A stretch of DNA of 63,805 nt, counting the filler, from Octopus bimaculoides (taxonomy: Eukaryota): the NCBI RefSeq assembly GCF_001194135.2. It is 7 parts of 7 records of this genome, joined end to end, with 100 filler letters (N's around TTAATTAATTAA, not from the genome) between each part and the next. Parts side by side here need not be neighbours in the genome. Positions count along the whole stretch, not along the records: positions 33,260 to 49,079 come from NC_068995.1; positions 49,180 to 54,925 come from NC_068990.1; 5 more parts are not named here. One strand, 5' to 3'. The translations under genes were made by a program, and so were the position numbers. The notes beneath the pieces were generated by a model. The model saw only the letters and a list, made by a program, of their open reading frames with translations, was not told where the DNA came from and did no database searches. How positions within the stretch are numbered: the stretch's first letter is position 1; each line of letters starts with the position of its first letter. Below are positions 40,824 through 52,495 of the stretch, piece after piece.

Positions 40824-40990
40824 TTACTCAAAGGGGGCGCCCTCAGCTTCCACTGTGACCTCAAAACGGCACCGGAACCTGACGCATGGAAGATCTTCAA
40901 AAACCTCCTTGATCATAGCCACCAGCTCAGACTTGGATTTGCACGCAGGAATGCTGATGTGTTTCTCAGCCATGCCCCACACATATCCAC
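40824..40990 (-). mobile_element. Tc1/mariner transposase C-terminal remnant
   Basis: YVWGMAEK...SKSELVAMIKEVFEDLP..RFRCRFEVTVEAEGAPFE*. Confidence 0.6.
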
Positions 40991-41289
40991 GGATATACCT
41001 TTTCACGCCAATTACGAAAACCACAACTACTCTTTAAAGAAATTAATAATTAAAAAGTTACGAAGCTTTAAAAACCAGCCAATGAAATGCAGCCACTCAA
41101 ATGCAGCAACTCAAATGCAGCCTATCGTGACATGTCAGAAATTGGAATTTAGAAATATCTTAAAAACGAAAGATATTCGAGCGAAAATAGCAGAGAAATA
41201 GCCCTCAAATCACTATAGAGTGACAACTGACCTGGGGCTAAACAACAACAACAACAACAACAACTATACTACCACCAACTGGTGGCTGT

Positions 41290-42035
41290 CTTTTATCTTT
41301 CACTTGATTCAGTCGTTATTCTGTGGCCATGCTGGAGTATCGCCTTGAAGCATTTTACTCGAGCGAATCGACTCTAGTACAGATTCTTTTTAAAAGGCTG
41401 ATACTTATTGTATCGAATTCATTTGCCGAGCCGCTAAGTTACGGGGATTTAAACACACAAACACCGGTTGTAATGCTGTGGCACCGGACAAACGCAGTCA
41501 CAATGTCATACACACGCCCGCGCGCGTATATATACAGGGTGCGATGAATAAACTGTCGTCTAAATTACGCAAAAATGAAAATAACACTGACATCTCATTT
41601 TAACAGATATATTTACCAAAATTACATAAAAATATCTTGAAATATTAAAGAGTAAATTTATTTAATAAAATCGACATTGGCTTCAAGCATGACCTCCAGA
41701 CGACTTCGGAATCTCCTGCAACTCTTCTGGACTGTCTCCTTGTTCAAGTTGGTGAATATTGTCATAATCGTTGCTTTGAGTTCATCTTTGGTGTTACAAG
41801 GGGTTTTGATGGTCTCTCGCTCAACTGCGCTCCACACATAATAATCAAGGTGTGTGTGTGTGTGTGTGTGCGTGTGGCTTCTTTCAGTTTCCGTCTACTA
41901 AATCCGCTCACAAGGCTTTGGTAGGCCCGATGCTACAGTAGATGACATTTTTCCAAGGTGCCACGCCTGTGGGACTGAACCCAGAAGCATGTCGTTTAGA
42001 AGGAAACTTCTTACCACACAGCCACGCCTGCGCTA
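41290..42035 (-). mobile_element. SINE family B, split by a mariner fragment
   Basis: 3' half at 41290-41534, 5' half at 41850-42035. Confidence 0.8.
41535..41848 (-). mobile_element. Tc1/mariner right end, nested in a SINE
   Basis: TA|CAGGGTG terminus. Minus strand encodes LDYYVWSAVER...NTKDELKA...RFRSRLEVMLEAN. Confidence 0.75.
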
Positions 42036-42365
42036 TGGTGATAGTTCAGGGATGAGGGTGGTGCTATTGTGTATAGCATCACCACTACAACAACTAAGAC
42101 TACATCACTGGTTGGTATGGTGGTGATGGTGGTGGTGATGGTGGTGGTGATGGTGGAACTGGGTCTCGTGTTTCCTGTGGTTGTGTTAAATGGTGGGGTG
42201 TTGATGGGTTTTTATGATGGTTGTTACTGTCGTAGTTGGGGGCTGGGTAGCGGTGAAAATTACACACCATACCAGCACACCTAAATCTTCACTACAGCCA
42301 CTTCGTGGTGGTGGTGGTGGTGGTCGTCGTCGTACAGCCACTTCATGGTGGTGGTGGTGGTGGTG

Positions 42366-42408
<43 letters not shown>

Positions 42409-42683
42409 ACATTTTGTGTTATTTTTCTTGATATCTAACCCTTGGTTAGTCATGATGCAGCAGTGATTTGAGGGATATTTCTCTGCTATTTTCTAGCAAG
42501 TCAATCGAACACGTTCTCATCTTCAAGAGATTTGGCTGCTATTTCAATCAGGTCTAGTTACCATGTACAGATCTAGGGAGGTTCGGCTGTAAGGTTTCAA
42601 TGCGTTGTTATGGACGCATGTATCAATTCCAACTTCTTAACCGGCTGAAATTCCAAAAACAAAATGTTTGAAATATTTCGTGA

Positions 42684-42685
42684 CT

Positions 42686-42770
<85 letters not shown>

Positions 42771-42865
42771 GTTGGTTGGTTAGTTGGTTGGTTGGTTGGT
42801 TGGTTGGTTGGTTGGTTGGTTGGTAGGCAGATAAAGAAAGAAAGAAAGAAAGAAAGAAAGAAAAA

Positions 42866-42896
<31 letters not shown>
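42684..42896. repeat. Compound (TTGA)n-(TTGG)n-(AAAG)n microsatellite
   Basis: Read directly from the sequence. Confidence 0.95.
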
Positions 42897-42897
<1 letters not shown>

Positions 42898-43271
42898 GTA
42901 TAGAAGTACCTGTTTATGTCGGAATATGCTATAAAACCGCTTGGGGCAAGGAAAATTCGAAAACCAAATTATTACTAAGTTGTGAGTATTCATGTACAGG
43001 AAAAAAAAGCTACTCTGGTTAAAACCTGTGGTTGATAGCATCCGGTCATCTTTGCTCTTGTTTGTCGCTGAATATTTAACTACAGCCATTCAGAGACGTC
43101 AACGTGTTGTACAAATGTATATCGCTATAGTCCAATGATATAGAGTTCATTGATGTATAGACGGCTACCATCTAACAAGATGTTGAAATTTATATCTGTG
43201 CATTTGTTACGCAGTGTATTTTGTTTGTTCACTAATGTCTAAGCCACATTGTAAAAATGTCCCTTTGTCAC

Positions 43272-43305
<34 letters not shown>

Positions 43306-43544
43306 NNNNNNNNNNNNNNNNNNNNNNNNNNNNNNNNNNNNNNNNNNNNNNNNNNNNNNNNNNNNNNNNNNNNNNNNNNNNNNNNNNNTATGTTAATAGT
43401 TACCAGAGGTACCAAAATTACACTAAAAAACAAGATATCACAGCCGTTTTACAGGTAGAGATACCAAGTTAAAGTGATACATTTTGAGAAGATATGAATA
43501 ACAATAATAAATGGAGCAAAACGCATATAAATAAAAGTTCCTTT

Positions 43545-43636
43545 AATTTCTACACATGTTTCAAAATATATGCGAGCCCCTTCACAAAGAAGTAAGAGCT
43601 GCTGGGATTCCTCATATATTCCTCTTCAGGGAATTC
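43545..43636 (-). ncRNA. Type I hammerhead ribozyme motif in the left arm of a palindrome, core intact
   Basis: Minus strand reads aattcc CTGAAGA ggaatatatg...catatatttt GAAAC ATGT GTA gaaatt. Confidence 0.6.
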
Positions 43637-43946
43637 ATAATAAACATATAAGAGCAAGACAAATACGAAATGATGAGGTAACTTACGAGCAAAGATGTTA
43701 CATGGTCAGTGACCGTTAGAACGTTTGTTTACATAGAGATATACCTTTAGCATCACGTTTACACCCACCTCCCTTTATATCTCTATGTAAACAAGCGTTC
43801 TTATTCCTAAAGCCCATGGAATAATATCATTGATCCCTTTATATCTCTATGTAAACAAACGTTCTAACGGTCACTGACCATGTAACATCTTTGCTCGTAA
43901 GTTACCTCATCATTTCGTATTTGTCTTGCTCTTATATGTTTATTAT

Positions 43947-44038
43947 GAATTCCGTGAACAGGAATATATGAGGAATCCCAGCAGCTCTTACTTCTTTGTG
44001 AAGGAGCTCTCATATATTTTGAAACATGTGTAGGAATT
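43947..44038 (+). ncRNA. Hammerhead motif in the right arm of the palindrome, core mutated (C3G, G8C)
   Basis: aattcc GTGAACA ggaatatatgag...ctcatatatttt GAAAC ATGT GTA ggaatt. Stems I and II pair fully. Confidence 0.5.
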
Positions 44039-45124
44039 AAAGGAACTTTTATTTATATGCGTTTTGCTCCATTTATTATTATTTAAATATATATANNNNN
44101 NNNNNNNNNNNNNNNNNNNNNNNNNNNNNNNNNNNNNNNNNNNNNNNNNNNNNNNNNNNNNNNNNNNNNNNNNNNNNNNNNNNNNNNNNNNNNNNNNNNN
44201 NNNNNNNNNNNNNNNNNNNNNNNNNNNNNNNNNNNNNNNNNNNNNNNNNNNNNNNNNNNNNNNNNNNNNNNNNNNNNNNNNNNNNNNNNNNNNNNNNNNN
44301 NNNNNNNNNNNNNNNNNNNNNNNNNNNNNNNNNNNNNNNNNNNNNNNNNNNNNNNNNNNNNNNNNNNNNNNNNNNNNNNNNNNNNNNNNNNNNNNNNNNN
44401 NNNNNNNNNNNNNNNNNNNNNNNNNNNNNNNNNNNNNNNNNNNNNNNNNNNNNNNNNNNNNNNNNNNNNNNNNNNNNNNNNNNNNNNNNNNNNNNNNNNN
44501 NNNNNNNNNNNNNNNNNNNNNNNNNNNNNNNNNNNNNNNNNNNNNNNNNNNNNNNNNNNNNNNNNNNNNNNNNNNNNNNNNNNNNNNNNNNNNNNNNNNN
44601 NNNNNNNNNNNNNNNNNNNNNNNNNNNNNNNNNNNNNNNNNNNNNNNNNNNNNNNNNNNNNNNNNNNNNNNNNNNNNNNNNNNNNNNNNNNNNNNNNNNN
44701 NNNNNNNNNNNNNNNNNNNNNNNNNNNNNNNNNNNNNNNNNNNNNNNNNNNNNNNNNNNNNNNNNNNNNNNNNNNNNNNNNNNNNNNNNNNNNNNNNNNN
44801 NNNNNNNNNNNNNNNNNNNNNNNNNNNNNNNNNNNNNNNNNNNNNNNNNNNNNNNNNNNNNNNNNNNNNNNNNNNNNNNNNNNNNNNNNNNNNNNNNNNN
44901 NNNNNNNNNNNNNNNNNNNNNNNNNNNNNNNNNNNNNNNNNNNNNNNNNNNNNNNNNNNNNNNNNNNNNNNNNNNNNNNNNNNNNNNNNNNNNNNNNNNN
45001 NNNNNNNNNNNNNNNNNNNNNNNNNNNNNNNNNNNNNNNNNNNNNNNNNNNNNNNNNNNNNNNNNNNNNNNTATATATATATACATATAGATATACATAT
45101 ATATATATACATATATATTTTTTC

Positions 45125-46240
45125 TCTCTGTAGTTTCAGCTCAGAGCTGCGGCCATGCTGATGCACCGCAGTTTTGCTGCACTGTTATTACTGAGAGCCT
45201 CGTCCAATATGTGGTACTTGGTGAAGAATGGAATTTGATGTAGCTACCCTCATTTTCACCTCTTGCCGTGAGGTAGGTTCATCTGGGACTCTCGACAGGA
45301 AGAGGTCCAACCTTGATTTAAAAACGCCTACATCTACTTTGTGCAGGTTCTTCAGGCTCTTTGGGAGATTATTAAAAGGCTGTAGGCCCCTAAAACTCAG
45401 GCTGTTGTAGTAACTGGTCCTGAAGCGCGATAGCATTGCTGGGTTCTTTGGCACTATGCAGTATCGACCCGTTCTGGTATTGGTGAAGCTTTCAATGCCA
45501 AAATTTGGCACAATTCCCTCCAGGATCTTCCAGATGTATATTACTGCGTACCTCTCTCGCCTTCGCTCCAGGGAGTAGAGTCTTAGCTTTGTCAAAAGCT
45601 TTTGCAAAATCAAGGTATATTACGTCCACATTTGAGTTGTTGAGTAACTGCCTCAACACCCTGTCATAATGTTGTAAGAGCTGAGTCAGGCAACTCCTAC
45701 CTGGTCGAAAGCCATGCTAGGTGTCACTCAGCAAGTTATTTTCTTCAAGGAATGCGATTAGTTTTCCTCTGACTATCCGTTCCATGACTTTGCTGATGTG
45801 TGAAGTCAGAGAGATGGGCCTATAGTTTTTGGCATCAGCTCTGCTTCCCGCTCTATGCATTGGGCATATTATTCCCTCCTTCAGCTTGCTTGGCAGTCTA
45901 CCATTTGCAAGAAAGCTCTGGAAGAGAATCTGGAGGGGTTTTTTCAGGGCACACTTACACGATTTGAGGAGGATTTCTGGGAACCCATCAGGACCAGCAG
46001 TTGAGTTTGCGTCCACCTTCGCTAATGTCGATATATTCCATCGTAACTGCCTCGCTGGTTATAGGTGAGGCGGCAAAGAATTCCACTGGTTCATTCACTT
46101 GTCTGTGTTCCAACAGGGTGGTAAAGACACTTTTGTACATCACTGATCCTAGTTGGACTGTCTGTGAGGGAGCCATCCTTTTGGAAGAGTGGTCCTATCT
46201 TACAGCGTACTGAGGCTGTTTCTTTCGCGTAATGAAAGAT
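45125..46240 (-). mobile_element. CR1-clade LINE: 5'-truncated, RT core internally deleted, 3' end intact
   Basis: GPDG...NYRPISLTSHISKVMER...HGFRPGRSC...VIYLDFAKAFDK joined at about 45588 to LRLYSLERRRER...FKSRLDLFL..VPDEP. Confidence 0.9.
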
Positions 46241-46242
46241 CA

Positions 46243-46286
46243 TCAAATTTGATGACCCTACAAGACTAGGTGAAAGCGCTAATTTA
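46243..46286 (+). ncRNA. Minimal hammerhead motif with C3>U
   Basis: aaat TTGATGA cccta caagac taggt GAAAGCGCT A attt. AGCGCT palindrome. Confidence 0.45.
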
Positions 46287-46670
46287 TAAAACATGTGCCA
46301 TATGAATAAAAATCTGTAAATACACAACCATCCAGACATCTGAGTACCTGATTATTATTTTTTCTAATATATAATTCCTGTACATCACCTCCAAGCCTTC
46401 CAATATCCATATATATATATATATANNNNNNNNNNNNNNNNNNNNNNNNNNNNNNNNNNNNNNNNNNNNNNNNNNNNNNNNNNNNNNNNNNNNNNNNNNN
46501 NNNNNNNNNNNNNNNNNNNNNNNNNNNNNNNNNNNNNNNNNNNNNNNNNNNNNNNNNNNNNNNNNNNNNNNNNNNNNNNNNNNNNNNNNNNNNNNNNNNN
46601 NNNNNNNNNNNNNNNNNNNNNNNNNNNNNNNNNNNNNNNNNNNNNNNNNNACATACACAAATATATAGAT

Positions 46671-47490
46671 AAATAAATAAATGGAGTTAAACGCAGGTAT
46701 TATTCATTTTCTTTTACTTCCGACATACGTTTCGAAGACAACATTGGTATTATTCCAGAAGGAATAAAATCGTGTAAAACAATGCAATCTTCTCATCGGA
46801 GAAAGAAAGAAACCAAACACAGCAATAAGACATTTTAACAGAATGTGATGACTGCGTATATGATGAAGGGAACGCTATCAAGTTTTTTTATTTTAAAAAC
46901 CGTTTGTAGATATCAAGTCAAAGTTAGTGTTTGGAAAGAGGAGGAGGAGAAAGAAAGAAATTAGCAGAAAACTAATAGTGGAAAGGTGCAGAGCGATAGG
47001 TGAATTAGAATAAAGCTTAAAGGCATGGTAGTACATATATTTAGTGGAAGTGCAATGTAAGAAGACAGACAGTCAAAGGTCGAATTTTATAGAATGGTAG
47101 ATATCACTTATAGGAACTAAAGGTACGCTTCTGCCAATGTTTGCAACGATAAACGCGTTCTATAAACGTGTTTACAAGGGGATTCTTTAAGAATAGGGAA
47201 AAAAAGCATTTCACTATTACAAAGGGAGTAAAAAGATTTACCTTTGTCATAAGGTAATGAAATGGAGAGAATATTCCATTCCAAATTAAATTGTTTATTA
47301 TGATCTTTAGGATACCAGATTAATTTACTAAGCCCAGTATTGTTATGTTTATTGATATGCCTAAATGTAGAGTAATGATTAGATATTCTTTTAGACAACT
47401 AAGATGAAGAACTACCTATATAAAAAAGACGTCAGAACCGGAAGTAATTTTACATTGATAAATAGAGTTTCTAGTCTTAGAATTACTGCT
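46671..47490 (-). mobile_element. Penelope-like element 3' end: GIY-YIG remnant, 3' UTR and hammerhead-containing terminus
   Basis: SIYQCKI...YIGSS...KRISNHYSTF...GLSKLIW...FNLEWNIL, with a hammerhead motif downstream at 46715-46806. Confidence 0.75.
46715..46806 (-). ncRNA. Type I hammerhead ribozyme motif with U4>C
   Basis: Minus strand reads CCGATGA gaagattgcattg...caatgttgtcttc GAAAC GTAT GTC ggaag. Canonical G10.1-C11.1 pair and GUC triplet. Confidence 0.6.
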
Positions 47491-47634
47491 AAGAAAACGT
47501 ATCAATAAACGTAACAATACTGGGCTTAGTAAATTAATCGAGCAATTTGTAGTAGTAGAAATACTCATGGTACAGCTATCACGAGAACAACGCCGATAAA
47601 TGGAGTCGGGTTACCTGAAAAAAATAAATACGAT

Positions 47635-48075
47635 AAATGCTCATGCAGAGATAAATCAAAATGTCCTTTGATAAATCTCTGTATGAGTACAAATCTTGTA
47701 TATAAATGTACCGGGTATACAAGGGGAGGGCCATATGTTCACACTGGGCAGACGACTGATTCATTTAAGAATCGTTATCGTAACCATGTTGCCAGCTTTA
47801 AGACAATGATTAAGAGACATTCAACATCTTTGGCAGATTTTAAATGGCGACTGAAGGAGGATAAAATGAAGTACAACATTAATTGGTCCATAGTTAGACA
47901 TGCAAAACCATACAATATAATTTCCAGGAGATGCCGTCTCTGCTCCGACGAATCCCTTGTCTATTCTGTGGACTAATGAGAAAGAAAATGCTTAATAGAA
48001 TTTCTGAACGACTATCGAGATGCCTATATGCATATAAATGTACTTTTGCACAATGCACTGAGAATGAATTTTGAG
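47635..48075 (+). mobile_element. Penelope-like element GIY-YIG fragment
   Basis: CSCRDKSKCPL...LVYKC...VHTGQTTDSFKNRYRNH..SF...STSLADFKWRLKE...INWSIV..AKPY...CRLC. Confidence 0.8.
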
Positions 48076-48114
48076 TAACCGTTAATTTAATGTAATTTAA
48101 TTTATTTTAAGGTA

Positions 48115-48475
48115 TTCTTTTATTTTTTTCAGTCATTTGACTGCGCCCATGCTGGAGCACCGCCCTTAGTCGAGCAAATCGACCCCCAGGATTTATTCTT
48201 TGTACTAATTCTATCGGTCTCTTTTGCCGAACTGCTAAGTTACAAGGAAGTAAACACACCAGCGTCGGTTGTCAAGCGATGTTGAGGGGACGAACATATA
48301 CACATATATATACGACGGGTTTCTTTCATTTTCCGTTCGCCAAATCCACTCACAAGGCTTTGGTCGGCCCGAGGCTATAGTGGAAGGCACTTGCCCAAGG
48401 TACCACGCAGTGGGGCTGAACCCAGAACCATGTAGTTGTTAGTAAGCTACTTACCACACAGTCACTCCTGCGCCT
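48115..48475 (-). mobile_element. SINE family B, full length
   Basis: Same head, core and tail. Confidence 0.85.
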
Positions 48476-49199
48476 ATGGATGACTTATGTTTACTTTTAA
48501 CCTCCCCATTCTTATAAACACCAAGTAAATAACTAACACGCTTTGTGATCATGAGTGCACCAAATCTCGCGTATGCATATGCTCACATTTTTGCTGATAC
48601 TTGTATGAGCGTGTGTACGCGTGCCATGCAACTTGCTAGAGGGCGTTTTTACATCCATATCTGTTAACGGTTATTTTTAATACTTTTCCCTGGATTACCT
48701 GTTCGTTTCTCTTTTTGTCGTCTGCAATTTTATTTTAGATCTTCTATATATATGAAGATTTTTCTTCCGTCTGGCTGTTTTTCTCTCTACAAAACGAAAA
48801 GTTACTTTGTGGAACAGACATTTTAACGAGTTGGTTTTATATATTTATCATCCGGCGAGATACACCTGCACCACCGGATGCTCCTGAACCAGTTGTTGAG
48901 TGTCCCACCCAAGAGGAATCTATGCTTGATATGTCGAAACAATTGTATTCAATAATAAATTCCCGTATATTCCATCTTCTAGCGTTCATTTCTTATATAC
49001 CTAACGATCACTCTCAAAGTGACCATGATTTACCAGTAAACTACCAGGTGTATACCATTCGATTTATTATCCATATATANNNNNNNNNNNNNNNNNNNNN
49101 NNNNNNNNNNNNNNNNNNNNNNNTTAATTAATTAANNNNNNNNNNNNNNNNNNNNNNNNNNNNNNNNNNNNNNNNNNNNTATATATATATATATATAAA

Positions 49200-49255
<56 letters not shown>

Positions 49256-49751
49256 GCACACAGCCAAACGCACACACACATACACCCACACACACGTATA
49301 CATACACATCGCATTCCTTACACATTAATGATTATGACTGCTTCAGTTCTCTAGCAGCGTGTACCGTTCATTTGCTAATTGCTTTTGATTGCCCGAGTAT
49401 ACCGAAGCAGACAGTGAAACACAGAATATATTACAGCTGGGCAGCTGGGAAGAGAGACAGTTTCATCTTTACTTTGTCTGATGCACATCTGTAGTCGACG
49501 ATAGCAACGTGAAATTAATGCCTTTTAAAAGGAAAATGTGCCGTCGAACTCCAGACGATAGAATCGAAGTTGAATTAAGTACGTGGCTTCAGAAGAGGTG
49601 TACTTTGAAGGATATTAAATGCCGAATTGACGTGTTGTAGTTTTTGATCAGACCGCAGCTATGTATGTGCGTGCGTGTATGTGTGTTTGTGTAAGCCTCT
49701 GTGTGTATGTACATATGTGTGTGTGTGTGTATGTGTTAATGTGTTAAAAAA

Positions 49752-50021
49752 AAACCCCGTTAAACCAAAAACGAACTGAAGGCAAAACCTTTTGGCAACA
49801 TTCACCAACACAAACAAGGAGACTGTCCTGAAGATTTTCAGGCGATTTCTAAATCGTGTGGAGACCGTGTTTGAAGCCAATGGCGATTATTTTTTAAATA
49901 AATTTACTCTTTAATGTTTCAAGATATTTTAATGTAATTTTGGTAAATATATCTGTTAAAATGAGATGTAAATGTCATTTTCATTTTTGCGTAATTTAGA
50001 CAATATATTCACCGCAGCCTG
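49752..50021 (+). mobile_element. Tc1/mariner right end, same family as 41535-41848
   Basis: KNELKA...NKETV...RRFLNRVETVFEANG. Shared 3' UTR, ending ttcaccgcagcctg|TA. Confidence 0.7.
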
Positions 50022-50818
50022 TATGTATATATAGCGGGAAAGTAAGCAGAAAAATAAGAGAAAATGCACGTTGAAAATCAAAAAGAAAGTAAGGCTTTTT
50101 ATGAAAAGTAACGATATATATATACAATTAGATGAACTGGGGTAGGAATAAAGTTAAAAAAAGTCATTGTTGTGAGTTGTTAAAGAGATCTACAAGCATA
50201 CCGGTTTCGTAGTAAAACTATTCATTGCTTTGAGTATACACCGAATTCTGAACGGTGTCAAGTCTATTAGTCCCTTAGTAAAAAGATTATGTGTAAGGGA
50301 GGTAAGTAGTTCTGGATTTGGTGCAATTAGGGTAATCTGGATTTGTAGTGTGAATGGTGTATGGGATGTATGGGGGTTAGTGATATTAAATGGAAGATTA
50401 GTGGTGTTCTATATGATGTTATGTGTTTATATTTAGTTGAGGAAGATATTTATTAATGAAAAATGCCTCTTTATTCATTCTTTGTTGTGTAGATGTGTTC
50501 TGTGAACATTGATAGAAGGGAAAAATTAGGAAATTAGGATTAAGATTCCTCGCACACCTTTCAATGTGTCCACTGACTTGTATCTGTCTGTAATGTGGGT
50601 GGCGGATTTGTTCTTTGTGGAGAGTAGTTCTTCTACGGAGTGATATTCCTGTTTGTACTTCTGTAACTCACGTTTCGGCTAAAAAGACAGAGATCACAAG
50701 TATCAGGTTTCAGAAGTAAGTTCTGGCGTCGATTCTTTCGACCCAAACGTATCAAGGCGGTGCTTCATCATGGTGGCAGCACTCTAATGACTGACTAAAA
50801 GATAAAAGATAACTGCTA

Positions 50819-50883
<65 letters not shown>

Positions 50884-51243
50884 CATTATTATTATTATTA
50901 TCATTATTATTATTATGGTTTTGTTTTCTCTGAATTAAATCTTAGCTGAGGAGTTTCTGAAAAGGGATTCTATTTCATTTGATTCTTTTGTTGTATTTTC
51001 CTCTTAATAAACTTCCACCCAAACATATCGATTGGTCTGATGTAATTAGAGGCCTTGAGAATTGATTCATAAAGTTATGCAAAGTAGCGATCGATTTTAG
51101 ACTGTCAAGAAGATCGATGTGTTGCTATTACAATGCTCTAAAGTCATTACAGCTTGGTGATCCCATCCTAATAATGTTTACATAATTCTGAATCGCAAAA
51201 ATTGTAGAACTCCGTGAGAACCGCCTACGGTATTTAGTTTGGT

Positions 51244-51915
51244 GTAGGTATTGCTATGTGGTCAAAAAGCTCGCTTTGCAAGTGTGTAGTTTCGGGTTGA
51301 ATCCTATTGCGCAGAATCTTGGGCAAGTGTCAAGTAATATAGGCCTGGTGAGTGAATTTGGTAGACGGGAACTGTGTGGAAGCCCATCGATGTGTGTACA
51401 TGCGTATATATGTCAAACCACGTGGTTTCGGTTTTTGCCCCACTTTGCCGCACCTTGGAGAAGTGTCTTCTACTATTGTCCCGGACCGCCTAATGACTTG
51501 TGAGTGGATTTAGTAAATGGAAACTGTGTGGAATCTGTCGTATATATGTGTGACTGTATGTGGATATATGTGTAACTACGTAGTTTCGGATTTTGCCCTA
51601 ATTCGCAGCACCTTGGACAAGTGTCTTCTACCACTGTCTAGCACTGCCTAGTATCTTGTGAATGGATTTAGTAAATGGAAACTTTGTGAAATCCCGTCGT
51701 ATATATGTGTACATATATGTGCGTGTGCGTGTGCGTGTGCGTGTTTGAGTTCGTTCCCCACCAATGCTTGGATATAGGTGTTGGTTTGTTTAAATCCTGG
51801 TTACTTAGCGGTTCAATAATTGAGAACTGTACAATAAATGCCAGATAAAAAATGAACTATGGTTGATTTGCTTAACTAAATTTTTGAAAGCGATGCTTCA
51901 ACACGACCGCTGCCT
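51244..51915 (+). mobile_element. SINE family B with triplicated 5' module
   Basis: Three units of about 160 bp containing (c/t)cttgg..aagtgtc, then one 3' half. Confidence 0.75.
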
Positions 51916-52287
51916 ATTGGTTTATCTCCTTAAAAATAGCTAAATAAAAAAAAACCCACCTAAAATCAGATAATAGGGAAAAGTGGTGTGAAATATTAAA
52001 TAACTTCATAAGAAATACTGAAGGCTTTTTTTTGTAATAGACATGACTCTTCTCTTCCATAAATGCGACATTATCGTAATGTGACATTAAAAAAAATCAA
52101 TATTTACAGAATTCGTGCCTAAATCATTGTCTCGTAAATAATACCAGAATTTTCGATTTTAATTTTTTATTTATTTAATGATGAGAAAAGCATAACAATA
52201 TCCGACTATCTCCAAATATTTCCAGGATTGCTCGTCAGTAAACACACCTCAGAACTTATTCTGTATTTGAATATTTAATACATCATT

Positions 52288-52495
52288 AAGGCGGCAAGCT
52301 GCCAGGATCATTAGCACGCCGGACAAAATGCTTAGTCGCATTTCGTCCATCTTTACGTTCTGAGTTCAAATTCTGCCGAGTTCGACATTACCTTTTATCC
52401 TCTCGGTGTTCGATAAAATAAGTACCACCTGAGTATTCGGTTGATAAAATAAGTACCCCCAACATGCTAGGCTTGTGCCAAAATTTGAAACTAGT
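52288..52495 (+). mobile_element. SINE family A
   Basis: aaggcggcaagctg...gagttcaaattctgccgag...gtgccaaaatttgaaac. Confidence 0.8.

Larger units (their letters stand above)
43503..44080. repeat. Long near-perfect inverted repeat (241-bp arms, about 96-bp spacer)
   Basis: 43503-43743 versus 43840-44080; 5 substitutions by manual comparison. Confidence 0.95.

Noticed and set aside
48850-49075. Open stretch IRRDTPAPPDAPEPVVECP...
   Set aside because: No recognisable domain or convincing splice sites; adjacent to repeat-like sequence and a gap.
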